Under the pieces are notes generated by a model that was not told where the DNA came from, ran no database searches, and worked only from the letters and a program-made list of their open reading frames with translations. Source: Epiperipatus broadwayi (Eukaryota > Animalia > Onychophora). Taken from it: a DNA stretch of 64,000 nucleotides. The stretch spans positions 1,054,001-1,118,000 of the forward strand of contig JAQFVV010000005.1 in NCBI GenBank assembly GCA_028023455.1, read 5' to 3'. Of the stretch, positions 37,810-53,148 are shown piece by piece (the first letter of the stretch is position 1; each line of letters opens with the position of its first letter). The translations under genes were made by a program, and so were the position numbers.

Positions 37810-40379
37810 ATTTAAAGTATTTGCAATTGGAGATTTTAAGTATAAAAACTAATGTAGTTTTAAGATTGAATGTGAAAGATTAAATATTCTGGAACTTTGT
37901 CCAATAAAATAGTTATGCATTTGTAAGAAAATGTGTTCTAAAAATGTACTTTTAGTGGTTTTATCATATTCTTGTAAATCTTGTTTTTCAAAATATGAAA
38001 TTCTAAATATCCCAATACTGAGCATGACTTATCACTTCTCTTTAGTGCCAAGGTTGAAAATTCTAATTATCTGCTGGATTGTAATGCATTATCTAAAGAT
38101 ATGCAGTAGCAAATATCACGTTGTTTTCTTATCTAAACAAATGCAAAAATCCATTTTTTAATGGATATTTTAAGTATTTAAATTTTATAATAGAATTTTG
38201 AATTAACAATGTCTTACATTAAATATATACAGATACATTTTAAGCTGACACTTTCCTCATTTTGTAAAATGATGACTATATATATATATAGTCATAAACT
38301 TGCCTAATGAGAGTTCTTTTTAGTGTAAGCATTTTACATCAAAGTTTAAGTACTGGCTAGGAGGGGATGGGGTTAGAAACCATTTAAGTAAATAGACAAT
38401 GATAATAATCTAATTTATTTACAAAAAACTTGAAAGGTAATGATAAATGGTTATTAGTTCTATTACTCATAAAATTTTTTTATGCTAATAAATTATTAAT
38501 AATATTCATTATTTGATATGATGCTCTGGGTAATTCTAATTGGTTAGAAAACTGATGCTCTAAATAAAATGGTCATTCGGGAAGATATGTTTATTATTAC
38601 TTATTTTGTATTTGTCTAAATATATATTTTAATTGTTTAAATAAAAATATATGTAATGGCACTGAAGTTGGAAAAAGCTGACGATACTCTTTGATTTTAT
38701 ACCGAGATCTTTTAAACAAACCATCTTTTGCGGTTTAATGCAACATTAGAGTAACAAATTCAAGATCTAAAAAGTTTCCAGATCGAAGTTCAACATTATC
38801 ATTTTTGGTGTTTGAATGTCACATGACCTTAGAAGGGATAGCAATTGCTGTTATCATGTAAATATTCTCATGTTAAATGAATATGTGTATATTGACACAA
38901 GCACACATAGATGTTATTAATTTATTATCGCTAATCTGAGTTAACTTTTCGGTTTTTCTCTTTAGAAGATATTTAATTTATCTGACTGAGTAGTTAGTTT
39001 GTATGGATAAATATATATGAAGATTGGATTTAATATTGTTTGATTGATTATGTAACTATGTAACACTGGTTGAAAGCTCAAAAGTATGCCAGTATGATTC
39101 TATAAATAAGTTGCATTTCATTACTCATGATAGACAACAAAAAAATTAGCCCTCTCTAAGTATTGTGAAGTTGCCAACCAATGCAATGATTGACACCAAG
39201 AGTAAGAGTGCCATTTGGTGATAATTTTATATTTAGCTCACTTCAACTACAGGTCACATTAGAATCAGCAAGATTTTATTATCTAGAAAAACATTCACCT
39301 ATTAAGTGAGATATAGTTGAATTTAGTGAAATTACAATGAAAATTAATAAATAATTGATTTGAAACATGGATGTATATTTAGCGTTCAGACGGCTTTTTT
39401 TATTTGCGAGCCTAACATAAATGAATCCATACTTAAACAAATTTCCTTGATATATAAAGGTCAAAACATCATTGAAATGAGATGTACAAGTCATTACAAA
39501 GTATCTTGTAGTATGTGTGTTGTGTAATATTCAGTATTGTTGCGATTTTTTAACTTGATAAAAAATTTTTTTATATAGTATTCTATAAGCTGGTTATTGG
39601 TAAGTATTTATCGGAAGGAAAAAGCACACCATTTTGTAAAAAAACACATTTAAATATGAAAACAGGATTTTTTTGCAATGGCATGTGCAAAATTTAGTAT
39701 TCTTACACTGAAGCCTGAACCTATTAATTCCAGATTACAGTCACAAACATATAATAGTTAAATCTATAGATGAGTGATCATAACTGAAGTAAATGTCTGA
39801 AGGCAACTTAAGTTTAATTAACATTTATTACAACATAAGCTGTACAACTGTATTTTATTTATTAGTCTATATATAATTATTTACATTATATAATTATATC
39901 ACAGCCAAAAGTTACCTGAAAGGTCAAATAAAATGTAATAAAGATCAAGATGACCTGATATGAATTCCTAAATCTCCATTTTAACCTTCAGGCCAGATGC
40001 CGGGATGATTGAGCTTATGTTCCAAGTACAAATTCTTGATTCCTACTAATGCCTTTTTTTATTCCATCCTTTTTGCTTATCTTTGCCATAATCCAACTCA
40101 ATACTTCTAAAGACACTACTTTTAATAAAGTTAATTAAATTATTTATTATGCTGAAAAGAACTAAAGGATTTTTTTTAAAAAAAAAAACAAAGAATCTAT
40201 TCAATGCTAATTTTTACAGTGAAATATCGTAATGGTTGATATGTAATCTATATTTACAATTTTAAACCCAAAAAGTAATCGTCCTTGACAGCCAATATGC
40301 ATCGTTTCATATCCTCTTTAGCACAAACATGTTCTCAAGAAAAATTCAGATCGAACCTGGTCCAATAGGAAAGGCAATT

Positions 40380-41600
40380 AAGCTCCATGTTGCCGCATGA
40401 ATATCCGGTGATGCCAGTGTTCTATCTCTAAGTTTACATCTTTTGAGCATATTGTGGAATAAGTTCACAGTGTTCTTTGTCATTGGGTTAAACACGAATC
40501 AGATAGACTATAAAATATACAATAGGAATATCGACATCCTGAATAGAGGGAAAATATCCACTTTTAATACAATCCAATAATGAGGGAATGAAAAGTTTTG
40601 ATTGTTTTATATTGGATAGTGCTTCAATTCTATGTATATTGAGCACCCGACAATGGAACAGAACATGAGTGGTTTCTTCTTCCCTCAGACAAAGTTAACA
40701 TATGGGATTAATTTTGGTAATCCCTCTTTTAAATGACAGACAAAAATTGGGTGGCAAAGCTTCCAGATTGACTTTCAAAACAAAGTCCAGGTATTTGGGC
40801 TCTAAGGTCCATAGTTTAAATTTCCTTATTATTACTTTATTTGTCACTCCCAAGAGGGTTGACTCCGGATGGAAGAATTATATACAAGGTTATAGGCATG
40901 CCAATATGTTACTTTCCCATTGAAAGTATTGCCCAAGATTGGAATATGCTTCTCAAGCCAGCTGACCTGGGAAGCTATCCAGGTTAGCCCACTAGGCGGT
41001 GGATGATTGGTAGGTATTATCTTAGAAAGGAAGTCTGCTTTAGGGTAATTGTGCAGTATTCTGTGCAATGTATTGAATGATTTCTGAAATAGCAACATTG
41101 TGATGGAATGTAAGGAGAGACCATTAAGATTGGATGGCCTTTGAAGTTTATTTAGATTAATCGCTGCAATTTTCTTGCCCCAAATAAGTTTGGCACATAA
41201 GGCATTGATTTTCCTTATGAAAGATTGGGTGAAATTAGAAGCAGGCAAGTAGTAGTTTAACCTTGGATAAATTAGTATATTTATTAAGGATACTTTTGCA
41301 TGGATCTATGATCTTACTGGTAGCAAGGATGATATGTTCCTGAATAGATATTCTCATCACAGTGGGTGATAGGTATATCGGAAACCCCAAGAATTTTTGG
41401 AGTTTTGTTGAAAATTGAGATATAATCTTTGAGCCTGAGGATAGTTTCCATGCTGATGATTTTCATTATTAAAATGAAGCCCAGATTGGTTTGTGAAATT
41501 TTGAAGGATGGTTACTAATTTGGGGATGAATTTACCAGATCTCAGAAAGACAATAATATCATACATGTAAGTAATGTGAGACTGGTTTCTGTATTAATGG
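40380..41600 (-). mobile_element. L1/Tx1-like LINE ORF2 3' remnant
   Basis: Decayed (Y)xDDIIVF region (YMYDIIVFLR...LQNFTNQSGL), then FIRKINALCAKLIWGKKIAAINLNKLQRPSNLNGLSL, then the C-terminal EETTHVLFHC. Confidence 0.75.
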
Positions 41601-44600
41601 AATGTAAACACCTAAGATTTTACTTAATTTTTTTTGTTTGTATCATAACCTCTTCTGAACTATTCTAACTAAATGTTATTTAACATTCTTCTTAGTATCT
41701 ACATTTTCCAAATTAATTTTTGTTTACTCTATTATATGATGACATTTATTTTTCTAACTTATGCTTTTATATGAATAACTTTAAAATCTTAACATTCCAT
41801 ACATAGCAACATGTAAAATTGGTTTTGCAGTATCGTGTGTTTTGTGGCAGAATGGACAATGATGACGTTAATGATAATAACAGAAAACATTAAGGTCATT
41901 TAATGAGATAAAACTATTAACTCAGAATGTAGAAACATCCTTGTTTAAATTTAATAATATAAACAAAGGCAAAGATTATTTGAGAATTTGAAGTAAAAAT
42001 ATTCTGAAGGAATGGTATCCTTTGCAAAGAGTAAAGGATTAGTTTTCAAAAGTTAATTGATGCTTAGCTTATTGATGGTCTGTACTTGTGTGGTCATGTT
42101 TTTAATGCAAATAAATCAATGCTTTAATGATAGAATGCCAATTCGGGCATTGAAAAACAACGCTCATGGCCAGCACTCTAGTATATTATCAGCGCTGGTT
42201 CAAAGAACTGGTTCATTCTAGTTGTAGAAAATTTTTGTATGTCTCTTGTGATTTTGTTTATTTTGGGTGATGCTTCGCATCATTCTCTTAACATCTGGAT
42301 GATTTTAATCCAAAAGTAAAAATGATTTATTCCCCATTTTTGAGCATTACATCATTATTACAGTTAAGAATCAGGTCGTGGTTTCTAACTTCAAGATCTA
42401 TCATTTGCAGAAGACAGATTGTCTGAAAAATTTAATACCTATTTGGAATCTAAAAGAATTTCAAGCTTTATTTATTCAGATTTGAACCTCAATCATGAAT
42501 ATGGTAGATCTATAAAATGTTTTAAGATCCTCACATGTAAAGTGTACCATGATATTTAGTAATGGAAAGAAACATTTGTAATAGGTCATGCATTAATTTT
42601 TTTATTTTTAATTATAAAATGAAAAATTTATGTAAATGAAGGAAAGTTTACATTTACCAGATAAGGAAGTTTTTTTCCTATGCCATATTCTAAAAATTGT
42701 ATACAGTGAGTTTTTAATTTACACCAGGTTTATATGTTAAGTTCTCTGGCTAAACATAGATTGGATTGTAATGCAACCGGTATTATGATCAAATAATCAT
42801 CTGTCAGTAGCAGTTACTTTCCTGTTAGCATAATTTCGTTTGGACATTTCAAAATTTTAGGCTGCATCATAAAATATTGAAATGTCTTATAATAGAATTA
42901 TGTTTCAAACAGTCTTGTAACATTATTCCTCTAAACAAAGGATATTTTCTATTTAAAGATTGAATATCAAAGGAAATAAAAAGTGTCTGCTTACATAGCA
43001 TTGCCATGTAGGGTGTAAGCTTGAGTAATCGATAGATGCTAGAAATTATGCTTATTAAATCCTAATCTGTCTTATCCGTATTCCTCAGAATAGTATCTGT
43101 TTTAAAGCCTTTGTAGAGGAATTTTGTAGTTGCATTTTTTCAGATCTAATATATTTTTCTTCCAACAGTTATTTTTTGGACTATCAAAATACCAGCCTGA
43201 CATTAAAAAACAACATATTAATGTTATGAATCTAAGCCATTTATTTTTTTAGTAATTCTGTGCGAGCATGTTGGGCTTATATTTAAAGTTTTTAATCAGT
43301 CTAAAAATGATAGGATAATCTATAGCTTAATAAATGATTAGTAGTAATCATATGTGTATTAATCTAAGAAGGATGTTGTCAAATCTGTACGTGCAAGAAA
43401 TTGGGCAGTTGTAGATTAAATTGCAAAAACTATATATAGAAGTTGGGGATATTTTGGCAAGTTATGATGTGAGAAACTAATAGCAGAAGATGTGCAGCTA
43501 TATAGAAAAAACTTGTTATAATCTGCTATACTTGAATATTCAAAAAATAATTACTGTTTATGTAAGAAAAAAAAAATAACAAAAAGATTTTTATAAAAAT
43601 ACATTTTAAAAAGATTTTTGGAAAGGTCTTTTAAATAATCTGTAACTTTCAATTTTTTTAATCGTGGAGATGAGATGTTTTCTCCTATAGAGAACCATCT
43701 TAGTCTGGAATTAGAAGATATTAGGTTTACAATGATTTCATTAAATTTATCACTGAATTAACTTCTATTCTAGGGGAATTGGTTCTTTGATGTTTAGTGT
43801 ATACGTGATGGAAAAAATAAAGCAATATCTAACTATGAGATGGTAATTAATAATGTTTTATGTATAGCTCAATGGAAGAATGGTGGGCTTGAGAACTTTA
43901 AAAAGATTCAATGAATCTATTTCTAGTAGATGAAAGTGAACTATAAATATCTTAATTTGATCAATTAATTAGAACTGGTTTGCTTAATTTTATAACTTTG
44001 AACTGGAACATCATATGATCTGAGCAACTGACTTACACTTTTTATTAGATAATCTTAAGGGAAAATATAGTTTTCTGATTGAAGTATAAATTACTTGTCT
44101 AAAGTGAGTGATTTTGTTTTCCAAAGATATTCTTATCTCTGGTGTTTGGGCAAAATAAATAATTTACGTAGAACCATTTGCAAAATATGGTGCTGTCATA
44201 AGATGGAATGGATTGAATGAGTAGAAAGAAAGACAAATGCACAAATTTTGCAAGAATAATATAAAAGTGAATTTTGTGACTGCTAACAGAAGAAGACACT
44301 TGGCTAGGAAGCAATTTATATTATGCTAGCTTTTATAAGAAGTTCATGAGGATGAAATATAATGCATGAGGGTGAGAGGAAGGCGAATAAATTTTTATGC
44401 ATGCAAATGTTTAAAAGCATGTCTCGGATACTTATAAAGAATTCAATATGAGTTTAGAAAATCATTAGCAGTACAGTATATTATAGCTTTTGTAGAACCA
44501 GTCAGAAGACTGAATTAGTGACAATGATATTGAATGCTGCCATTTTTTAGATTTGTTGTTATACATAAATATATTGCAGTCTAACTAATGTATGAGTCAT

Positions 44601-44609
44601 GCTTTAGAT

Positions 44610-44963
44610 TAGGGGTGCTCAATCTTTTGACATCTCTGGGCCACATTGGGAAAAGGAAAAATTGTCTAGGCCATCTTAAACATATAAGTATTTCCAAAAG
44701 CTGTAAGCAAAAAAAGATGCATTGACCCATTCAGAAAGTCTTTTAAATTGTTCAGGGTTCCAAGATTGTGCTTACTAACAAATGTACATATCTAAGTAAA
44801 AAATATCATTTATTATAAAAATAAAAGAGGGAAACAAAACTAGTTGGATATTTGATTTGTATTTGAGTATGTATGTACATCTATTTTATTCAATGCAGTC
44901 ACAAAAAAATCTCAACGTTTAAAAAAAATTATGATTATGTGTTGGACTGATTGGCCACCTCTG
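44610..44963. mobile_element. hAT MITE
   Basis: Imperfect TIR taggggtgctcaatc / gattggccacctctg with a perfect 8-bp TSD ctttagat (44602-44609, 44964-44971). Confidence 0.8.
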
Positions 44964-45904
44964 CTTTAGATGGTTAGTACATATGCCAATGACACCCATA
45001 ATCTGGAATTCAAATTTGGAATGGAGTTTCAACTTTTGTAGATAGGTAAGCCATAGAACACACTTTTGATTTAATATTAACCAATATATGTGTCTCATTA
45101 TTTTTAGAGTGTAGAGGCTTCACTAAATGTCAATGCGCTGATTTTTAAAGAAATTATAGTGTTTAAGTTGCGAGTAGCTTTTATTGCCACGTCCTCATTG
45201 TTATATAGCATATGTAAAAAAAAAAAGAAAGGAAAGAAATCATCCCCTCCCCATAAAAAACAAATATGTATATATGTGTATCAAAAAAATTGGAAACATT
45301 TTATCTAGCTCTCTGGGTGAAATACATTATGAAAGATTAAATCGTGTCCGAGTATCCAAATGGCATGAAGGGAACAACATTTCAAAGTTCAATTAAATAA
45401 AAAAAAAAAACTCTCAAGAAATTATGTGATGTTTAATTAGCAAAACTGAAACTTTTTACTTGACTCAGCTAAGAATTGATTTAGGAACTTAAAATCTTTG
45501 AGCTCTCCAATCTTACATTTTACGCATTATTTTTTTGAGATTTTTTTAAAATTATAGATATTATTTATTAACACACATAATTGCAGTATTTTTTCTCTAA
45601 ACAATTTGTCTATGTTTTTGATGCTTTTTTTTGTTTTTCAGGAATAGGTTTTCAAAAGGGATTTCAAGCATTTTTTAGTTTAGTGATTGTTCATATATAC
45701 ACACACACACCCGCAGAAGTTTTGGCTTTCAGTTTTACATTTTAATAGGCTATTCGATCCTGTTGGTTTAGAATTTGCTTTGGAAATATTTCCAATAAGA
45801 ACGTGAAAAAAAAAAAGCAACCTGATTTACCTGGCTAGCTTTGTTTGCTTTTCGTCAGTTTTGCTGATTGAAGAGTAATTGTGTGAGTGTTCTAGCCAGA
45901 ATCT

Positions 45905-45955
45905 AAGCCGACCGGAAATTATTTCGCGGAGGTGACTATTTGTGCCTATTGGCTG
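45905..45955. promoter_or_regulatory. candidate promoter-like motif cluster (ETS, E2F, CCAAT)
   Basis: CCGGAA (45912-45917), TTTCGCGG (45922-45929) and ATTGG (45948-45952) lie within 41 bp in a CpG-retaining patch. Motif evidence only. Confidence 0.25.
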
Positions 45956-48900
45956 ATTACAAGGCTACTTTCATCTTGATTACTTGGTCTTTTTCAGATT
46001 CCCTTGAATTGAATAACTTGAGCGTTACAGTCCTTAATTTGGCAACCGTTCTTATCAGATACCGTTTACTCAGACTAGATTTCAAAGGAAACTTGTTAAT
46101 TAAATAAGAATTGCAATTCATTTCTTTCAGTTTCATCTGATGAAAAAGTAATGTCTGCGGACGGGGGGAAGGGGGGGAGATTTTGCAAAAGTGAATTTAA
46201 CTTTTAGTTGATTTAAAAAGGGAAAAAAGTTTTTGTAGATGTTTGTGTTGGTTGAGATTATTACTGTTCTAATAAATTACTAACTACCCTTGATTTCAAA
46301 TATATAATACAGATACGCACATATGTATACATATGTGCCAATTTAAAAAATAATAAAAACAATGAAAATACAAATACTACTATAACAATAAAACTTAGTT
46401 TTCACATTTGTTATTGTTGAAATGTAAACTGATAACTTATTTCAGAAGTCTCTCCACAAGATGCCGTCAGCATATTTGATGGAAGGAATCATCATCTAAT
46501 GGAGAGGACAATAATTCACCAGGCGAGGCATATTCTGATTTTGAACCATGTATGACCTAATCTTAAGGTCCTTAATGTTGAAAATGGGGAATATATCTGT
46601 CTAATTCTCTGTTTTTAAATATTTTCATTCAATTAGATTTAAATCTGATTAAATATTACAACTAGCGACCTCTGAATAACTATGTGATGAAAGAATTTTA
46701 AATAATATTTAGAAAAGTAGAAAAAATGCATCCAAAAAATAATCAAAAAAATCATGTTTCGCCATGATGTTAGACAATGTCTTGACATCAGACACCAAAT
46801 TTATCGATGGGAAGGCTCATTTTATAGATATCCATACCCACGCTCACTTTAGAAATACAAGTATTTCCTTTATCCACAATCGGGGATCGGCGGGTAGGTT
46901 AGAAATTAATAAAAAACAAATTTTAATTTTATACAGTTTAATATTTTTTTTTTTTGTTCCTAACGTATATAGTATGCACCCATACATGCTTTACACATTT
47001 TCTGCATGTACAGTATATATTTAATTTGTACATATCTGTGTTATGTGTCAAAAAGATATAATAGGGATTCACTATTATCTGTGAACTTTTATATCTGTGA
47101 CATGGTTTGGGATTGCAGGATATGGGGATCTTTTATGAAAAATAAAATAAAATTTAAATATATCATCAAATATATCCATATATTTCAACATATTTATATA
47201 TACCATATTATACATATGTATGCATATGTGTACAATATATGGACTTAGCATCAAGGTTGTTCATTTGTTTTTGTTTTGTAATTAGAACTTTGATACAGGC
47301 ACCAGCAAAGATTATTCTGGAATTTTTATTCTCCAGCTTAGACATTGGTGTATTGACTTATATTGAATGACTAACTAGATCAACTTTGGGAATGCTGATT
47401 AAGAAATTCTGTGTCTAGGAAATCTTTAGCTATTTGAAAAAAATCTTCCAAGCTACATTTAAATTTGAATCTTGAATCATAAATTGGTAAAAACACTCAT
47501 TAATAACTGTCCTTTATATACTTCAATCATTGTTGACCTACTTCAGAATAATTGTTTTAAGTATATTCTCATTCTTCTGATCCATAGTTTCTTTTATCTA
47601 CATCATTTGAGAAAATTTGTTTATTTTTCTATCTCATGCACGGCCATATTCTAGGTTTTCATATCTTAAACTTAAAATTTAAACACCATATTTAGGAGCC
47701 CTGTCACATAAGTTCCATTTCATCTTGTTAATTTTTTCTGTGATGTCAGAGATACTTATGAGTGTCATTCCATATCAAAAAAGAAATCTGAACAATAAAT
47801 TTGAACTTTATTGTTTTGGACTCGTGATTTTTGATATATCATTAGTATTTATGAAGACACTGAAAATCCGGAAATTTAAAATTTTTTTGAATCATCGTAG
47901 TTATTTTGGTACAGAATTTTGAAAGTAATTAAAAACAAAAATACTTATCAAGAGTTGATATGCATCAATTGTCATAAATCATTAATCCTTTATTGCTGAT
48001 GACCATTTTTTTTGGCTTATTTTAAAGCACTTTTATTGTCCTTTTAATATATATCCAATCAGTTTTCAAACTTTTGATTTTTAAAAATCCCATGCAATAA
48101 AAAAAATTTTTTATAGGTTTTAAAAATGTTTGTTTTTGATAATTTCAGAAATACTCTTTTCAATTTGTTTAATATATATATGTTAAATTCAGATATTTCA
48201 TAAGCTTATATTCAAATTTTTATTAAAGGATGTGTGTAATTAAAAAAACTGTTGCCTTCAATTGTATGTTAGCAGCAACACTTTGACTTTATTCTGAAGG
48301 TGATTATGTTTACAAAACTTCAAAATATGTAACATTTAATCGTATTTCTGAAATAAATACTATGAAGTGCGTAAAACTTAACATTTTAAACTTGCCTAAA
48401 TTCATAACAGCATACATTTCTGTTTGATTTTCTGTTCTTATGACTTATTTTAAATAGTTTTCAAATATCATTTGTTTAGAAAAAAGTTCAATTTTCTATA
48501 TGGCAACATTTGATAAAGTCCTGTTTAGTTAGAGTTTAATTTACTTTATTTTTTTTAAATCCGAGTGAAAGAAAAATTGAAGATCTTATATATCAATTTT
48601 ACTTAAAATATACGGGTGTCTAGTTAGAATATAAGACCCACATGCAATTAGTATTGTATTATTGGTAATTATTTGGACTTCTTTATCATCAGAGACAAAT
48701 GAGGGTGATGGTCCCAGCAGATAGACTTTCAATTTGTCAATGTTATCATGTTCAACAGGGATGCTAGCCAATCACTGTGATCCATTATATTCATCAGTAA
48801 TATAACCTGAAGATACTGTAAGTGCCAGAGCAAAGATATGTTCAGAAAATTTTAGCAGTAAATCGTGATTTTGTATGACATTGTAAATTTTTAGTTTCAG

Positions 48901-49439
48901 AAATGCTTAGCTTTGAGAAATTTTAAAACTAATTTTGTTTCACTGATCTTGTGGTCTTCACTAACGGATTATTCAAGTTGAATTCCCAGATTTTTTTTTG
49001 CTTTGAAAATACAAGTTTGTTCTCACAATCAGATTATTATAGAATTACGTAGCCTAAATTTAGTAGCAGGCTGCTTGCCAGTTCCCCATACACTATTACA
49101 CACATTCTTTCTATGAGATTTTAAAAAGAAATGCCATTGGGAATCAAATTCAAAATTTTTGTCGATATATGTTTGGAAAATTTTTTGTATTTTTATAATT
49201 AGCAGCATTGCCATGTGAGAAATCATAGACTTATTAAATGTTTGTTACCATATATTTTGGTATAATAAATTTTGGATTCATATTTACAAAAAACAACTAT
49301 TTTATGTATCAAGCAATCACAGAACATAAAATTAGTATATTTCAATTCCTTTTCAATAATACATACCCAGTAAATATGTATATTATCACTTTCCTATTTG
49401 TCCAATAATAAAACAGAATTCATCTTGCAGGATACATGA

Positions 49440-49540
49440 ATAATTTTTCTGCGAAATCACAAATTATGACAAAGGTTCTTGGCCGATAGTGTCTTTCAAA
49501 TAATTAAAAAAAGGACTTCTGCTCCCGAATAACAAATTCA
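49440..49540 (-). pseudogene. hAT-family transposase C-terminal (dimerisation domain) remnant
   Basis: NYLKDTIGQEPLS* resembles the hAT C-terminal 'KNYLRSTxGQERLS' motif. Confidence 0.45.
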
Positions 49541-52500
49541 TGGATTTTAAGTTTCAATGGTCTGCATTATTTGGTGTAAAAAACCCAAATGAAGTCTAAT
49601 GATTCGTTAACTATAATCTTCCGCTTATAGTGATTTGTAGATATTGATCTCTTCAAATAAATTTTTTTAACATAATTATCTTGGTATTCCAAATCATCAA
49701 ACTTTTAAAATAATTGATGACAGATTATATTCCCTACATTTGTTCTTATGAAATTCTGGATATTCTAGATTGCATTTTATTTTGATCAAATCATCCATCT
49801 TTCAAAATTATATTTTCTAATTGTGTCCTCTCACCATTTTATATTTTGATGCATAGTGCACACATACTATGTGTTCCATTTATCACAACTGAAAATTTTA
49901 ACCCTAACTCACAAAATTTGTAAAACCCAATTTTGTATTCATATTACTAATATTTTGAAGATCTGAAGTTTTTGTCAATAATCCTGTAATACTGATCTTT
50001 TCTGGTATTTCCTTCTGATTGAAATGACATCTATTGGACAAGGCATAGTTCTACTCATCTCCATAAGAATTTTTTACTAATGGTGCAGTCTTTTCATCGA
50101 GTGTTTTTCCCGGAAACTGTCTCTAATCATATAATCATCAACACTGAATTTTTCCTAAATCTTAGAGGCTATCAACTTTTTGGCAGGGATGACAAAATTG
50201 TCATTACTAGTCAATGCAAGTTTAATTTCAATTGCACAACATTTCGGTTTTTTTATGTTAAATTTTCATCATTTTTTATGATGATCCATAACAAGTTATG
50301 TTTCAAGGCTAGCAATAATTTTATCCATTTTTAATCTTGCATAACTAAGATGACACATGTTTTTTTTTTTTATTATAGATGACTTGCCAATAAATAAAAC
50401 TGATATTTAAATAAGGTAACAGGGCTCAATGAATTTACTTTTTTTTTCATCATTGGACAGGAAATGTTAATTATCACTTGCAAATTTTGTCTCTTCGGAA
50501 TCTACATTTGTCACATATTTTTATAACAGCTTTAATTTCAAAATCATTTAGAAAGCACAACTTGTAACTTTTTTAAGACTGTAAATGAATGACATTTCAA
50601 CAATTAAATAAATAACTTTTCGAGTTTTTTTTTTTCAAAAGTATAGAAATTGTTTTTATGATTTAGCAGCATAAATGAAACATAATACATTAGTTTTATT
50701 ATAACCGTACTTCCTCTCATCTCTATACATACATTAACAGGCTCAATCTATTGAAATAAAGTTTTAGAAATGATAAGCAGGTCTGACTTGGCTTTAAAAC
50801 CAGTGACATGTTATTTTATTAATAGAATTGCAAGTGTTAAAAAGTATTTATACTATAATGTTAATAAAGTTGGTAAGAACAGAAATACTTCACTTATGCC
50901 TTCCTATTTCTTAATCATTATTTCAACATAAACATGGTTTGAAAATTGTCTTACACAATGGAAAGCTAAACAAAACAACTGGATAAATACATTTATTTAG
51001 CTATGATTTCAATTTTAAAATATTACAAAGAAAACAACATTATGATAATACACAGAAGTGCAAAACAATTTCTCTTTATTTTTTAAAATATAATAGCAAG
51101 CTCATCTCATAATAAAAATTGGATCTGAGCTTGTGAAATATATGAATTTAACATGTAGTTGTTTTTTTTTTAAATGTCATTTTTAAAATTATTACAAACC
51201 AAAATTTTGAAAACTGATAGGTAAAAAATGTAATTACAAAGATACTTCTCTTGCTTCTGAAATGAAAAGTCATCAAAAGTTTTAAAAGGGGCAAAAATCA
51301 GTTGTTTTAAGACAAACAAGTTATCGATTTATGACATTATTTGTATATTTAAATAAGGGAAAATTTTATGAGTTTTGACCATTTTCAAAATTCTGTACAT
51401 ATATAAACTACAATTCAAAAGATTGGTCTATATAAGTGCATTTAGGTACAAAGATAAGATAATGGTCGTTTTTTTCTTTTCAACTTCTCTGTTTTGTGAC
51501 TTGCATCAAGAGTTTACTCATATTAATTGAATATTATAGTGCTGCACATTTGTTGAGTGTTGATTGCACTAGTAAAAAAATTTTGATTATTTAAATTCAA
51601 AAAATCCTAAATTTCATAAATGTTAATGATATACTAAAAATCAAAATATATTTTGGAAGTATCATGTTCTAGATTTGTAGTTTGATATGAACTACCAATT
51701 CTTTTGTGAGTTGTTTCACTAATATATTTTGCTTGAGACTTTTCTTTATTAATTCTAACCATATATATTTTCATGTACAACTGTAATGGCGAAGTATCCA
51801 ATTCCAAATTATTTTTCTAAGTATTTGCCTTAAATCTAGTGTTCCAGAATTTTCAAAGGATAAAGTGAATGCTCCAAGATTGTTAATTGTGTTTGTTGTT
51901 ATATGATGTTTCATGTTAAGAAGAAAAACATATATATATAGGGATTCCATTTTTATTGTTGAAAGGAGGTTGCCTTGACAACAGTTTGAAATTGTTGCAC
52001 CTATATAGGGATTGTCTAAGTGTTGAGTGGTTTCTAATGGTTATATATTTATATATAAACTATATAAACAATTCTTTTCCAAGATCATGAGTCATTTTCC
52101 TTTGTAGTCATGACTTCAGAGCTAAGAAATGTTCCAGGAGGATTTATTCATCCTAAATTTTATATTGCATAAATACTTTGCGTCCCAATGAAAAGATAGA
52201 TTGGTGACAAATTCTCCAAGCTACTTACCTATGCCACCTCTAAATCAATAAACGTGTTAAACAGCTATTCTCTACAAAAATTTTAAAGTACTATTATATC
52301 TGGATTATAAGTTACATCATGAAATATGGTAGCATATTTTATATTTTAGCCTGTGATGGAACAATGTACTGACATGAAATTTTGTTTTGCACCATTGCTA
52401 CTGAAATATTTGAAATGATTCAAACTACATACGACAATGAATCCATCAGGGTAAAAATGTTTTTAAATGATTTGGAAGATTTTGTGAAGGTAGGAAAAGG

Positions 52501-53052
52501 ATTGAAGACCATTACAAAAGTATGTACCACTGCCACATTTTATAATCCATGATCCAGTCATGCTAGGGTCTTAAAGCTTTTGTGCTAAATAGTTAGACTA
52601 TGTCACTATGTAACTCATTGATTCCGAGAGGGCTTTACAGGCAGCTTGAAGAAAGAACCAATCACTTCTCATTTGGATGCACTGTACATACTTGTTCAGT
52701 GCAAATATGTATTTATGTTAGTTTTTACTTATCTCGACACACACTTTGTAATAATCAGTTATGTTGTATACTGCTTACCGTGTTAGTAAAAAAATATCTC
52801 ATAACTTGATATTCCTGGATTGATTCTCATTTAAATAAAGTTTAAAAAAAAGTCTTATTTGATTGATTGATTCGAATAGTTGTGCTTAAATCTATCTCTT
52901 AGATGTTTAAACAGCATTATATGACATAACTAAGTGTATGATTAGTTATTTTTATTTAATTGTTGTAGGAGAATTTAAATTATCTTAGTTTAACAGTTCA
53001 TAGTATACAATTAGTACAATTTTTATTTGTTTTCTTATTTACTGTTATTTAG

Positions 53053-53148
<96 letters not shown>

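Noticed and set aside
47997-48025. CTGATGA followed by a CCA/TGG hairpin
   Set aside because: No GAAA or NUH follows, so the core is incomplete.
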